DNA of 64,000 nucleotides from positions 2,400,001 to 2,464,000 of the forward strand of contig CBDASK010000003.1 of NCBI GenBank assembly GCA_965199495.1. Reading direction: 5' to 3'. The stretch is from Abditibacterium sp. (GTDB lineage: Bacteria > Armatimonadota > Abditibacteriia > Abditibacteriales > Abditibacteriaceae). Made by a program: the position numbers and the translations under genes. This document shows positions 29,344 through 39,131 of this stretch, piece after piece (the first letter of the stretch is position 1; every line of letters starts with the position of its first letter). The notes beneath the pieces are model-generated. The model did not search any database and was not told where the DNA came from. It was given only the letters and a program-made list of their open reading frames with translations.

Positions 29344-29414
29344 CTTATAGTAGAACGTAATTGCACTATACAGGCGATAAGATTAAAAGTCTCTCAACTC
29401 AGATTTTTTGTCAT
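29344..29414 (-). promoter_or_regulatory. conserved promoter/activator site, copy 1
   Basis: CTTATAGTAGAAC and AAGTCtcTCAACTcAGATTTTTTGTcAT, start offset 43 bp, same as in copy 2. Confidence 0.75.
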
Positions 29415-29427
29415 GGGCGAGGCAAGG

Positions 29428-30636
29428 TCAATAGTCAAGTTTCGCCTGGGGATTGATTTGGTCTGCGCGCCATTGCGAAGGGGTTTTTCCGAATGTTTTT
29501 TTGAATTGCGCCATCATATATTGGGAATGATCGAAGCCAGAAAGTTCGGCGATGCGCGCCAAACTCAAATCTGTTTCGCGCAACAGTTGCTGGACTTTCC
29601 GAAGGCGCACGCGACGGATTTCCTGTTGTGGAGAACAGTTGAGGTAACGCCGGAAATTGCGCTCCAGCGTCGAGCGCGACATACGCACATGAGCCGCGAC
29701 TTCGTCGGCGGAGAGGGTGCCGCAAGCGCGTTCGCGGATGAACTGCAAGGCTCTGGCGATAGCTGGGTCTTCCACGGCTCGAATATCGGACGATTGGCGC
29801 GTGATCACTTCGATGGGCGGCAGATAAATTTGCTCGACGGGAGCCTCGTTGTTCGCAGTGTCACCCGGCTTCGCGTTCATCAAACGGTCGAGCCAAGCGG
29901 CGGCTTCAAAGCCGAGCTTTTCGGTGGCAGGCATCACACTCGAAAGCGGCGGATTGCATAATTGGCACAGAGTCTCCGAGTTATCCACACCAACAACGGC
30001 GACCTGTTCGGGCACAGCCACGTCCAGCGTGCGACAAGCATCAAGAACGTGCTGGCCGCACACATCATTGCAAGTGACGATGCCAACGGGAAAATCGAGG
30101 CTTCCAATCCACTGGCACAGGAGGTCGCGCTCTTGCACTTTATTGCGTTTGGGAGGGGCTGAGGGCAACTCGAAAACGCCACACAATCGCGCATTTGCGC
30201 TCAGCGCGTTCTCCTCTATCGCGTTCTTGACGCCGAGCAAACGCTGTTGCGACCACAATTCGTTCTCGAATCCGCAATAGGCGATGCGCTCAAAACCGCG
30301 TTCGAGCAGATGCCGCGTCGCCATCGCGCCGATGGCTGGTGTGTCGGAGGCGATGTAGGGCAATCCCAAAAAACCGTGATGCTCGTTGCAATCTATGACC
30401 GGCACAGCACGCTGGCTGAGTGCGCGCGCCAATTCGGGCGTTGTGAAGCGACAGATAATACCGTCACCTTCCCAATCGGCCAACCATTGAGGTGGATCTA
30501 ATATGCGCCCACGCTCATCCAAAAAGATCGACCAATTCGCATATGCGTTCATGTAACGCGAGATGCCGCGCAAAATTTGGCGCCCATAAACGCCCGAAGT
30601 TTCGATAATCAACGCGACGTTGGCTCGTTTTTTCAT
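29428..30636 (-). CDS. XylR-type regulator (periplasmic-binding-like domain + AraC HTH)
   Basis: VALIIETSGVYGRQILRGI, VPEQVAVVGVDN, C.PPLSSV, C-terminal AraC HTH. Confidence 0.92.
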   Translation of the reverse strand: MKKRANVALIIETSGVYGRQILRGISRYMNAYANWSIFLDERGRILDPPQWLADWEGDGIICRFTTPELARALSQRAVPVIDCNEHHGFLGLPYIASDTPAIGAMATRHLLERGFERIAYCGFENELWSQQRLLGVKNAIEENALSANARLCGVFELPSAPPKRNKVQERDLLCQWIGSLDFPVGIVTCNDVCGQHVLDACRTLDVAVPEQVAVVGVDNSETLCQLCNPPLSSVMPATEKLGFEAAAWLDRLMNAKPGDTANNEAPVEQIYLPPIEVITRQSSDIRAVEDPAIARALQFIRERACGTLSADEVAAHVRMSRSTLERNFRRYLNCSPQQEIRRVRLRKVQQLLRETDLSLARIAELSGFDHSQYMMAQFKKTFGKTPSQWRADQINPQAKLDY

Positions 30637-30679
30637 GATAAATCGGAAACATCGCTCAAAGGGAATGGCCCTGAGATTC

Positions 30680-30775
30680 CGTAGAGACGACGATTTATCG
30701 CGTCTAAAATGTTGGGCTTGCGTTTGTGTGGGAGCAAGTTCAACATTTTAGACGCGATAAATCGTCGTCTCTACG
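30680..30775. repeat. GTAG-REP doublet, GTAGAGAC variant
   Basis: 35-bp perfect arms CGTAGAGACGACGATTTATCGCGTCTAAAATGTTG. Confidence 0.88.
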
Positions 30776-30819
30776 AAAACATCGAGAATCTCAACTCTGA
30801 TTAACGATTTTTGCAAATT

Positions 30820-33039
30820 TTACCATTTGATTTCGACCATCTGGGCATCAACCGAGTTGGGAAAACGCAAACGCAAAACCTGACTTTTGCCCACAACATC
30901 GGCGTCCATTTGACCCGCCCCCAGAGCTTTACCGCCGACCGTCACCGATTTCGGCATCGCGGGCACAATGGCGCGCACCACGGCGTTGGTATCAGCCACG
31001 CCGCTCGACATAAACGAAAGCGAATTTACGCTCGCCTTTTCATTATCCACGCGACACGCCGCCGCCACGACTTGCGGCGTTTGCGGCGTCGCGTCCAAAT
31101 TGAACAGGTAAGCCCGTCGCCGTGGCTGCAACTCGATGCGCGTTACCAAGGGCAAATTGGCGTCGAACAAATCAATGAAATGTCCGTTCACGGTTTGCGC
31201 GGGCGCGCCTGCGATGGGGTCGTCCAAACCCGACGCGACGACGAACGGGCCGCGCGACAAAACTAAGGCGTTCGATTCGCGCCACGGCAAACCGATGCTT
31301 TCCGATGCGCTTTTGACGAGGGCGCGCAACGTTTCGCCGCCGTTGTCATCGTGAGACAGCGCCGCCGGAGACAGCGCCGCGCGCGTGACCAGTCCTTTGC
31401 CGACTTTTTGCGTGCCAACGAAATCTACCCCCAAGCCCAACTGTTCCATCAAATGCTGGCGCGGCGTCGCGTAATTGTTGCCTTTCTCATTCCACCATTC
31501 GCGCACCGCGTTATACGGATCATCGTCGTTGTCAACGACGACGAGGGCGCCGCCCGCGCGCACCCATTTGGCGAGCGCCGCGTGAACGGCGGGCGATGGC
31601 GGCTTCTGGCCTTCGTAAGTCAAAACCAAGACTTTATAAGGGCTGAGAAAATCGTCCCGGACAATCGAACTTTCCAATTGCACCGGCACGACCGGAACGC
31701 CGCGCATAAGCAGCGGCATTGCCAATCCGTAAAACGAACCCAAACGCCCGTCGGACGGCGTGGGGTCGCCGCGCTCGAACATCAACGAATCGGAAACCAA
31801 AACGCCCACGCCCTGCGTGCCGCTGGCTTCCCATTTCACGTTGGGTTGCTTCATCTGTCCCAGCGAATTAATCACACTTTGCAGTTCGGTTTCGTAGGCC
31901 GGAGGAATCGTCGTTTTCTCGACCTCTCCCGGCGGGCGCAGCGACGCCTCTTTGACCGGATATTTGCCGTTCCAGATGCGTTCGGGCCACGGCATAATTT
32001 CGTAATGCCAGATGTCGCCCTGCAACAGCGACGCGACGAGTGTGCTTTCCCAGTTCGCCCGATAATCGTCCCACGAATGGTTGGCGTTGTCTTCGACGGG
32101 ATCGTTCAAGAAATACATCCGGCGCCCGCTCGCGCGCACCATGTTTTGCATTTGGCCGTATTCCAAAAACGCCGTCTCGAATGTGCGCTCTTGCGTAACG
32201 CCGTTATAAGTGTTCGGCTCGCGCGAAGTGCCCGTCCAAACCTGCGCGATGTAGCCGTCGGCGCCGACATCGAGCAGCGACGATTGCGGCGAAACGATGC
32301 CCCACTGCGAATAGTTCAGCAGCGAGTGCGTCGGCACGTAACATTGAATGTCGCGCCCGTGTTCCTTGCCATAAGCCTTGACGAAGGTAAAAACCTGCGA
32401 CAACGCGCGCCGGTAAAGATAATATTTCAGTTTCGCCGAACGATACGACGCATCCACCGAAGAAGTCGGGTCGCTCCAATCTTCATTGTAAAACTTTTTC
32501 CATTCGCGCTTGAACGACGGGCTGTAACCGGCGCGCACCCAGAACTCCGGCTCTTCCAGATGAACCGCTTCGGCCCCGGCATCGAGCGCCTTTTTCACGC
32601 CCTGACTGAGGAAATTGCCGTAATCTTCGCCCGGCGACATATAAGGGATGTTGACGCCGTGGCCGATGATGTCGCCGTTTTTGGTCGTCTGCGATTCGTC
32701 TTCGTGGTTTTTGCCGTCGAAGCGACCAAACAAGTAATCCTGATATTCGCCCCACGCCACACCCGTCATGACGTGAATGCGATAGCCCCGATCTTTCCAC
32801 GTTGCAATGCGGTCGGGCATCGAATCGTCAATGCCGTAAACCATAGCCACGTCGCCGTTGATGTTGGTGCGCGGCATCCACGGTTGCAGCGTTTGAAACG
32901 ATAAACGCCCGTCTTCGCGGCGTTCTTGGTTGGCTTTGGCGTCTTGCATCACGGAAGTTTTGGTTTGGCTTTGCGCGCTCGCCAGTTGCGGCAACGCGAG
33001 CGTTAGTAAAAGTGCGTTGGCGATGAGAAGTGGTTTCAT
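30820..33039 (-). CDS. secreted putative glycoside hydrolase-like protein (possible TIM-barrel + GATase-like domain)
   Basis: signal peptide; HLEEPEFW; KVLVL...LAKWVRAGGALVV trimerisation-like segment; family not assignable. Confidence 0.6.
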   Translation of the reverse strand: MKPLLIANALLLTLALPQLASAQSQTKTSVMQDAKANQERREDGRLSFQTLQPWMPRTNINGDVAMVYGIDDSMPDRIATWKDRGYRIHVMTGVAWGEYQDYLFGRFDGKNHEDESQTTKNGDIIGHGVNIPYMSPGEDYGNFLSQGVKKALDAGAEAVHLEEPEFWVRAGYSPSFKREWKKFYNEDWSDPTSSVDASYRSAKLKYYLYRRALSQVFTFVKAYGKEHGRDIQCYVPTHSLLNYSQWGIVSPQSSLLDVGADGYIAQVWTGTSREPNTYNGVTQERTFETAFLEYGQMQNMVRASGRRMYFLNDPVEDNANHSWDDYRANWESTLVASLLQGDIWHYEIMPWPERIWNGKYPVKEASLRPPGEVEKTTIPPAYETELQSVINSLGQMKQPNVKWEASGTQGVGVLVSDSLMFERGDPTPSDGRLGSFYGLAMPLLMRGVPVVPVQLESSIVRDDFLSPYKVLVLTYEGQKPPSPAVHAALAKWVRAGGALVVVDNDDDPYNAVREWWNEKGNNYATPRQHLMEQLGLGVDFVGTQKVGKGLVTRAALSPAALSHDDNGGETLRALVKSASESIGLPWRESNALVLSRGPFVVASGLDDPIAGAPAQTVNGHFIDLFDANLPLVTRIELQPRRRAYLFNLDATPQTPQVVAAACRVDNEKASVNSLSFMSSGVADTNAVVRAIVPAMPKSVTVGGKALGAGQMDADVVGKSQVLRLRFPNSVDAQMVEIKW

Positions 33040-33065
33040 GCGAGGATTGGATCAAACAAAAGGCA

Positions 33066-33101
33066 AGAAGTCCTTTATCATAACTGTGATAAAGGACTTC
33101 T
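33066..33101. terminator. hairpin/terminator
   Basis: AGAAGTCCTTTATCA-N6-TGATAAAGGACTTCT. Confidence 0.65.
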
Positions 33102-33136
33102 CTGCGCCCGTTTTTAGTTTAACTGGCTTGCAATTT

Positions 33137-35779
33137 TTATTTCACCGTCGCCAGTCCCATATCAATATATTGGCCGCCGCCGGTTTGATGAACGTGAACG
33201 GCGAACACATTTTTGCCCGGCTTGAGCGTGGCTTTGGCGCGCGCACTGATGATGAACGGCTCGTATTTGCCGTTGAAACCTGTCGCCTGTGTCGCCAGAA
33301 CGCCATTGATGTAAACATCGGCGTCTTCGTCGTGAAACATCAACAACTGCAAATCGTCGCGATTGGCGAGTTGCGCCGCCGTCATGGTGAATTCGCGGCG
33401 CGCCCAAATGTCGGGCGTGTCCCAGTTGGTGCGGACGTTGCCAGCGCTTTTGCCCAGTCCGCCTTCGCCGGTTTTCCAGCTCGTCGCGTTGTAATCGGCG
33501 GCGAACCAATCGCCCGCCGGTTTGGTCGTGGTGTAATTCCACATCACGCCGCCTTTCTCCGAAGTCGGCACGACGCTGGTAATCACGGGCGCCGCCGGAA
33601 TCGGCGCCCAGTTGAAGTTGATCCCTTTCGAGGCCGCGATGTCGCGCTGCGCCCATTTGTTCCAGATTTGCTTGTTGTTGAGCATCGGCATGAACACGCC
33701 GCCAACCGCCGAACGCGCCTTGAAGTTGACCTGCGTGCCCTCGATGGTGCGATACCAATCGGTCATCGGCACGCGCGAAGGCGATTCGTTGAGGAAATCG
33801 TAAACCGGTGCCACCAACGCCTCGACATCGGCTTTTTTGCCCGTCAGCGCCGCGCTCCACAACGTCCAATCCAATTTGGTGTAAGTTTCGCGGCTGTCGA
33901 GCGGCAGACCGTAACGATTGAGTTTGGTCTTATAATAGGCCATCTCGGCTTCGTCCACGCTGGCGGGGAACAGGTCAATGCCCAGAATTTTATCCCACAC
34001 GATATTATATTTCTGGCTCCAGGTGCCCGATTTATCGAACGCCAATTTGTAGTGATCGCCATCTTTGGCCGCGTCTTGCCACTGCTGGCTCATGCCCTGC
34101 GCGATTTTGCGCACGCGCTCGCTTTCGGCACCATCGCCGCGCATTTTCGCCATCATCGCATAGGCGCCCAGCGCTTCGATGGATTTGCCCGACAGGTTGA
34201 CGTTGTGCGCCAGATGTCCGGCGAAGTCGTCGGTCGAAAGCTGATTGTCCAGATCGTAACCTTTGCTGATGAGGAAATTCGCCCATTTGGTCAGCGTGGG
34301 CCAATAGCGGTCGGCATATTTGGTGTTGCCCTCGACCTGCGACAAAGCGCCCATCAAAATCAGCATATTGCCGCTTTCTTCGACCGGCATTTTGCCCGAA
34401 ACATCGCCGTTATCGGGGATGCTTTCGCCGCCGCCGTAGGTCATGCCGGTGGCTTTGGGGTAGGTGCCGAGATCATGCGGCGCAAAGTCGAACGGCCAGC
34501 GTGCGCTACTCGAATAGAGCATAGTCGGCTCCATCGTCGCTTTGAGTAGAGTTGGCGAGAGCAGCAACATCTGCGGGCTGGCTGGATACATCAAGTCAAC
34601 GGTGCCCGCCGAGCCGTTGGAGTTATTTTCTTTGGAAATCGAGAGCGGCGCGCCGTTATCGTCGGCCACGATTTTCTGCGCCGCCAACGCCTCACGATGC
34701 GCCAGTGCGCACAGGCGCGCGAACTTCTCGCCACCCACCGAACGCAAATCGGTCATCAATTCGTTATCAAAGGCAATCGCACGCGTGTTGAGACTGATGT
34801 AATCTTTGGCCGCGACGCTCAAAAGTCCCAAAGCGTCCATGCCATTGCGGCGCCAATAGGGCCGCAGATTGCGGCCCATCCAGTTGAGCGAATATTCGTC
34901 GTCATAGGCGACCATCAGGGTGCGCGAAACCGGCTGCGCGCCGACTTTGCCCGCATCGAGCGCGATGGCAGCCACGGGCGCGTCGTCGGCGATTGTGGGC
35001 GTGGAAGCGACATCCGAAGTCGGCAATTTGCCCGATTTGCCCCACGCCGCTTGCGCATCGGCGCGCGAAACCAAGGCACTGCTCAAACCGGCCTGATTGG
35101 GCGCCGCCAGATAAAGATAGCCCCAGTCAATGCGCACGTCGTCGCCCGTTCGAGCCAAAATCGGTTGGTCGGTCGAGCCAATTTTCAGCGCGGTAATGTC
35201 GCCTTTGGAGGCGCGTTCCCAGCTCACTTGCTGCGCGCGCGCGTCGTTGACGGTGATGTCGGCGTCAGCGTCGGCGTAAAACTGCACGTCGTGTTTTTGG
35301 CCGTCGAGCGAGCGCACCAAAAACGTCATATAAGTCACGGGACGCGCCAGAACTTCCAGATCGGACGGAATCGCGGGCGTTAAGAAAACCAGTTGCACCT
35401 GAACTTTGTCGTTCCCAAACGTGTAAATCGTGCGCGTCGGCAACACTTCGAGTTTGGTTTGCGGCAGCGACGCCGATTCGGCGGGTTGCGTGCCCATCAG
35501 GCGAAAGGTCTGGCCGTCCACGCGCGCCATTGCGCTCAGACTGTTCTCACGGCCCGTCCAGTGGCGCGTCTCGTCACTGTAAAGTTTGTTGGAATTCGAC
35601 CAGATCGAAAAATACGGATCGTGCGCGGCTATCGGCACCGATGGTGGACGGAGCGGCGGCAGATTGTCGCTCATTTGCATTGCGTTTTGCGCGCACGATG
35701 CCGAAGCAAAAACCACAGAAGCCAACGCGCAATTCAAAGAGAGCGTGCGCAGTGAGGAAGGATGTGTTTTGAAATTCAT
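33137..35779 (-). CDS. glutaminase-A-like (DUF5127/DUF4965/DUF1793) six-hairpin protein with C-terminal sugar-binding domain
   Basis: PIAAHDPYFSIWS, KENNSNG..GTVD, APHDLGTYP, MPVEESGNM, NQLSTDDFAG, WSQKYN, GLPLDSR. Confidence 0.85.
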   Translation of the reverse strand: MNFKTHPSSLRTLSLNCALASVVFASASCAQNAMQMSDNLPPLRPPSVPIAAHDPYFSIWSNSNKLYSDETRHWTGRENSLSAMARVDGQTFRLMGTQPAESASLPQTKLEVLPTRTIYTFGNDKVQVQLVFLTPAIPSDLEVLARPVTYMTFLVRSLDGQKHDVQFYADADADITVNDARAQQVSWERASKGDITALKIGSTDQPILARTGDDVRIDWGYLYLAAPNQAGLSSALVSRADAQAAWGKSGKLPTSDVASTPTIADDAPVAAIALDAGKVGAQPVSRTLMVAYDDEYSLNWMGRNLRPYWRRNGMDALGLLSVAAKDYISLNTRAIAFDNELMTDLRSVGGEKFARLCALAHREALAAQKIVADDNGAPLSISKENNSNGSAGTVDLMYPASPQMLLLSPTLLKATMEPTMLYSSSARWPFDFAPHDLGTYPKATGMTYGGGESIPDNGDVSGKMPVEESGNMLILMGALSQVEGNTKYADRYWPTLTKWANFLISKGYDLDNQLSTDDFAGHLAHNVNLSGKSIEALGAYAMMAKMRGDGAESERVRKIAQGMSQQWQDAAKDGDHYKLAFDKSGTWSQKYNIVWDKILGIDLFPASVDEAEMAYYKTKLNRYGLPLDSRETYTKLDWTLWSAALTGKKADVEALVAPVYDFLNESPSRVPMTDWYRTIEGTQVNFKARSAVGGVFMPMLNNKQIWNKWAQRDIAASKGINFNWAPIPAAPVITSVVPTSEKGGVMWNYTTTKPAGDWFAADYNATSWKTGEGGLGKSAGNVRTNWDTPDIWARREFTMTAAQLANRDDLQLLMFHDEDADVYINGVLATQATGFNGKYEPFIISARAKATLKPGKNVFAVHVHQTGGGQYIDMGLATVK

Positions 35780-35806
35780 GAATAACGGAAGAATCCGAGG
35801 ATAAAC

Positions 35807-35838
35807 AAAATGAACTCGCCGTCTGGCGAGTTCATTTT
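35807..35838. terminator. rho-independent terminator
   Basis: AAAATGAACTCGCC-gtct-GGCGAGTTCATTTT. Confidence 0.7.
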
Positions 35839-35983
35839 AGCTGTCTTTGAGTTTTCTCAGAGGAAGAGAAATTTAGAGCGTTTTTCAAAGCTATGGTTGC
35901 TCAATTTTCGCTGAGGAAAATAGTTTGATCTGATGGTTCTTGACCAAAAGCGGTGCCAACTTCAGTCGAGCGCCACAGCAAAA

Positions 35984-38062
35984 TTATTTGGTTTCGACTT
36001 TCACATTTTCGACTTTGCCGCGCAACGAAAATGGCGCCGTATATTCGCCGACAGCGCTCATTGTGTCTTCGCCAACGCTCAAACCGTCGGTCGGTTGCGT
36101 GGTGAAAACGCCGGGCGCTTTGCCGGTGGCTACTGTTTTACCGTTGATTTTTAGCGTCATGGCGCCGGTTTTATCGAGGCGCGCTTCGACCGAAAACTTG
36201 CCTGTGGGCACCTTTTGAGTCGCGGTCGCCAGCGACAAAACCTGATTTTGGCGCACGCCGAAATTCGGCACGCCGTCTTGCAAATACACAACGTAGCCGC
36301 GCTCTCTGCCGCCCTGCGCCACAATCACGCCATTTTGCGCGTTGGTCGTCACGTCGGCGGAGATGGTCAACGCCTTGTTCACCAATTGCGGCGACGGCTT
36401 GGCGATGACCATCGAATTTTGCGCCCAGGTTTCCCAGTCGGCGGCCATTTTCTTGGCGCGCGCGGGTTGCGCCGCCGTTTGGTCGCGCATTTCGGTCGGG
36501 TCTTGCGCCAGATTATAAAGTTCCCACGGGCGGTCGTGAATCGCCACCAATTTCCAGTCGCCCTCGCGCACCATGCGATTGCCTTCGTGTTCGATGAATT
36601 GCGGACGCGCGGGCAAAGTCGCGCCGCCAAACGTCGGAACCAGACTCACGCCCTGTTCCGGTATGATGTTGAAACCGTTGAACTCGTCGGGATACTTCGC
36701 GCCACTAACCTGCAAAACCGTCGGCATGATGTCAATCAACGAGCCGGGTTGTGAAGTACGAGTGCCGGGTTTGGCCGTCAAACCATTGGGCCAATGCACG
36801 ATCAAAGGCGTGCGAATGCCGCCCTCTTCGGCGTAATGTTTATACAAACGCCACGGCGTATTGCTGGCGTTGGCCCAGCCACTGCCATAGGAAACGTAGC
36901 TGCCGGGCGCGCCGATCTGCTTCAAATCGTCGCCTTTGTGCAAAATATTAAGCGGCGAATCCAGCTTGTCGAAACCAAACGGATCCCACTCCGCACACGC
37001 GCCATTATCGCTCAAAAAGAAAATCAGCGTGTTGTCATATTGGCCGGTTTCTTTGAGATGCGCGACGACGCGTCCGATGTTGCGATCCATCACTTCGATG
37101 GCCGCCGCGTAAGTCGCCATGCGGCGTGCCAAATCTTTCTGGCGGTCGGCGGGCAACGTGTTCCACGCCGGATTTTCTTTGTCGGCCCAACCGGTCTGCA
37201 CGTTGATAAAGTTTTTGGGCACTTCGCTGCGCGGCGTTAGTTCGAGGTTTTGCGGCACCAAGCCCAACTTTTTCTGGCGCGCCAGCCGCTCGGCGCGAAT
37301 TTCGTCCCAGCCCTTCTGATAAATCGTGTCGTATTTATCAATCACATCGGCGGGCGCATGGAGCGGAAAGTGCGCGGCGTTGAAAGCCAGATATTGAAAC
37401 CACGGTTTATTCTCGCGCTTGCCCTGATCAATGAAATCAATCGAGTAATCGCCAAAGGCGTTGGTCGAATAATATTGGCCGGGTTTGTAATCAATGGCCG
37501 GATGACCGGCGGGCAAACGGATTTGATAGGGATGCTCTTCCCAGTAGGAATTGAAGCCGCCCAACATACCGTAAAACTCCTGAAACCCGCGATCCACCGG
37601 CGTGCTTTGCTCGCTGAGATGCCACTTGCCGACCATCGAAGTCGCGTAGCCGTTGCCATCGAGGATTTCGGGAATCGTCACGGCGTTTTTGCTGATCGGC
37701 TGGCCCAATCCGGGCACGCCCGCCTGATGCGGATACAAGCCGGTCAGCAAACTGGCGCGCGTCGGACTGCAACGCGGCGTGTTATAAAAATCGGTAAAAG
37801 TCAGACCACTGCCCGCAAGCGCATCAATGTTGGGCGTGCTAATTTCGCCGCCCATCACGCCGATATCCGACCAACCCAAGTCGTCGGCCAAAATGATCAG
37901 CACGTTGGGTTTCTGCGCGTTAGGCGCGGGTTTGGGATTGATTTGGGCCACAGCCTGAGTTTGCACGGTTTGCGCGTTGCAACCAGCCACGGCGAGCGCG
38001 CTGGTTAGTCCGACAGTCAAAGCCGCGAACTGGCGCCGCGTTAAAAGTTGATTTTTGATCAT
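35984..38062 (-). CDS. arylsulfatase, putative Tat lipoprotein, with C-terminal LamG-like domain
   Basis: TRRQF...LAVAGC; RCSPTR; EHEGNR. Confidence 0.93.
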   Translation of the reverse strand: MIKNQLLTRRQFAALTVGLTSALAVAGCNAQTVQTQAVAQINPKPAPNAQKPNVLIILADDLGWSDIGVMGGEISTPNIDALAGSGLTFTDFYNTPRCSPTRASLLTGLYPHQAGVPGLGQPISKNAVTIPEILDGNGYATSMVGKWHLSEQSTPVDRGFQEFYGMLGGFNSYWEEHPYQIRLPAGHPAIDYKPGQYYSTNAFGDYSIDFIDQGKRENKPWFQYLAFNAAHFPLHAPADVIDKYDTIYQKGWDEIRAERLARQKKLGLVPQNLELTPRSEVPKNFINVQTGWADKENPAWNTLPADRQKDLARRMATYAAAIEVMDRNIGRVVAHLKETGQYDNTLIFFLSDNGACAEWDPFGFDKLDSPLNILHKGDDLKQIGAPGSYVSYGSGWANASNTPWRLYKHYAEEGGIRTPLIVHWPNGLTAKPGTRTSQPGSLIDIMPTVLQVSGAKYPDEFNGFNIIPEQGVSLVPTFGGATLPARPQFIEHEGNRMVREGDWKLVAIHDRPWELYNLAQDPTEMRDQTAAQPARAKKMAADWETWAQNSMVIAKPSPQLVNKALTISADVTTNAQNGVIVAQGGRERGYVVYLQDGVPNFGVRQNQVLSLATATQKVPTGKFSVEARLDKTGAMTLKINGKTVATGKAPGVFTTQPTDGLSVGEDTMSAVGEYTAPFSLRGKVENVKVETK

Positions 38063-38080
38063 GGAAATTCTGGGGGCCGA

Positions 38081-38133
38081 AGAAAGAACGAAAGCCTTAA
38101 AGAGCGAACCTCTCCAAGGCTTTTCGTTTTTTC
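38081..38133. terminator. imperfect hairpin between the DUF1559 gene and the sulfatase
   Basis: AACGAAAGCCTT...AAGGCTTTTCGTT. Confidence 0.5.
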
Positions 38134-38150
38134 TGCCAACGGGTTAGTCA

Positions 38151-38930
38151 TTAGTCAACCAGACGAAACGTCGGGCTGGTGCCGGAAGTGGCAAACGGTG
38201 TGGCTCCGTTGTAAATCGTGGTGGTGCTGTTGCTGTTGATGTTTTTAAACCACTTCACATGGCCATCGGAAAAGCCGTAGTTGGCGCCTTCCAGATGGCG
38301 AAAGCCGCCGCCCGCCAAGTTCGTCGCCAGACCGGGGCCGCCACAAACGGGCTGAAAACGGTCGAAAGGAGCGGCGCCCCCCGGATCGCCCGCCGTCGCG
38401 CATCCGTTGTTGCGTTCGCGCGCATTGGAGTGCCCGTTGATGCTCTGGCCAGCAGGCGCGCCGCTATCGCCCACCAAAATCGTCAATGTCGGATTGTTGA
38501 GCGAAGGCAACGCCTGCGCGCCATCGCCCGCGTTTTTGTTCATGAAATAATCGGTGTAGCCCGCCGAATTCGGATTGGAGTTGGGCGGCGCTGGCTCGCT
38601 GGGACACTGATAAATCTGCGTGCTTTTCAGGTAGGGCTGAATCGCGTCGGCCCAACCCACTGTCGCGCCAGCGGGCGCATTGCCGGGGCCGAGCCATACC
38701 ACCGAAAGCGGGAAATGCTCGTCGTAATCCTGCGTATACTGCGCGAAACCCAGACCCATCTGTTTGAGATTGCTCTGGCAACTGGCACGGCGCGCGTTTT
38801 CGCGGGCACGCGCGAAAACCGGAAACAGAATCGCCGCCAGAATCGCGATTATCGCGATAACAACGAGAAGCTCGATCAAAGTGAACGCGTGAATTTCATT
38901 GCGCTTGCGCGCGATTTGAATGTTTTTCAT
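38151..38930 (-). CDS. prepilin-type DUF1559 / H-X9-DG protein, paralogue
   Basis: [10 protein letters not shown]...; [28 protein letters not shown] tail shared with the 28445 gene. Confidence 0.93.
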   Translation of the reverse strand: MKNIQIARKRNEIHAFTLIELLVVIAIIAILAAILFPVFARARENARRASCQSNLKQMGLGFAQYTQDYDEHFPLSVVWLGPGNAPAGATVGWADAIQPYLKSTQIYQCPSEPAPPNSNPNSAGYTDYFMNKNAGDGAQALPSLNNPTLTILVGDSGAPAGQSINGHSNARERNNGCATAGDPGGAAPFDRFQPVCGGPGLATNLAGGGFRHLEGANYGFSDGHVKWFKNINSNSTTTIYNGATPFATSGTSPTFRLVD

Positions 38931-39039
38931 AGCTCTAACCCAAAAATACCGACTTCTTTCAGATCTTACGATTTATCAAAAATTGCGAAAAAATCACCGC
39001 AAAAAACAGCATTGATAAATTTGAGGGTCGGGGAACTCG

Positions 39040-39110
39040 CTTATAGTAGAACACCGATTTTGATGACAATCAATGAGAATTCAAGTCAGTCAACTGAGAT
39101 TTTTTGTTAT
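39040..39110 (-). promoter_or_regulatory. conserved promoter/activator site, copy 2
   Basis: CTTATAGTAGAAC and AAGTCagTCAACTgAGATTTTTTGTtAT. Confidence 0.75.
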
Positions 39111-39131
39111 TGTATGGGATGATTATGAATA

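Noticed and set aside
32930..34549. 539-aa plus-strand ORF and the many other antisense ORFs
   Set aside because: Shadow ORFs opposite well-supported genes in high-GC DNA; no recognisable motifs.
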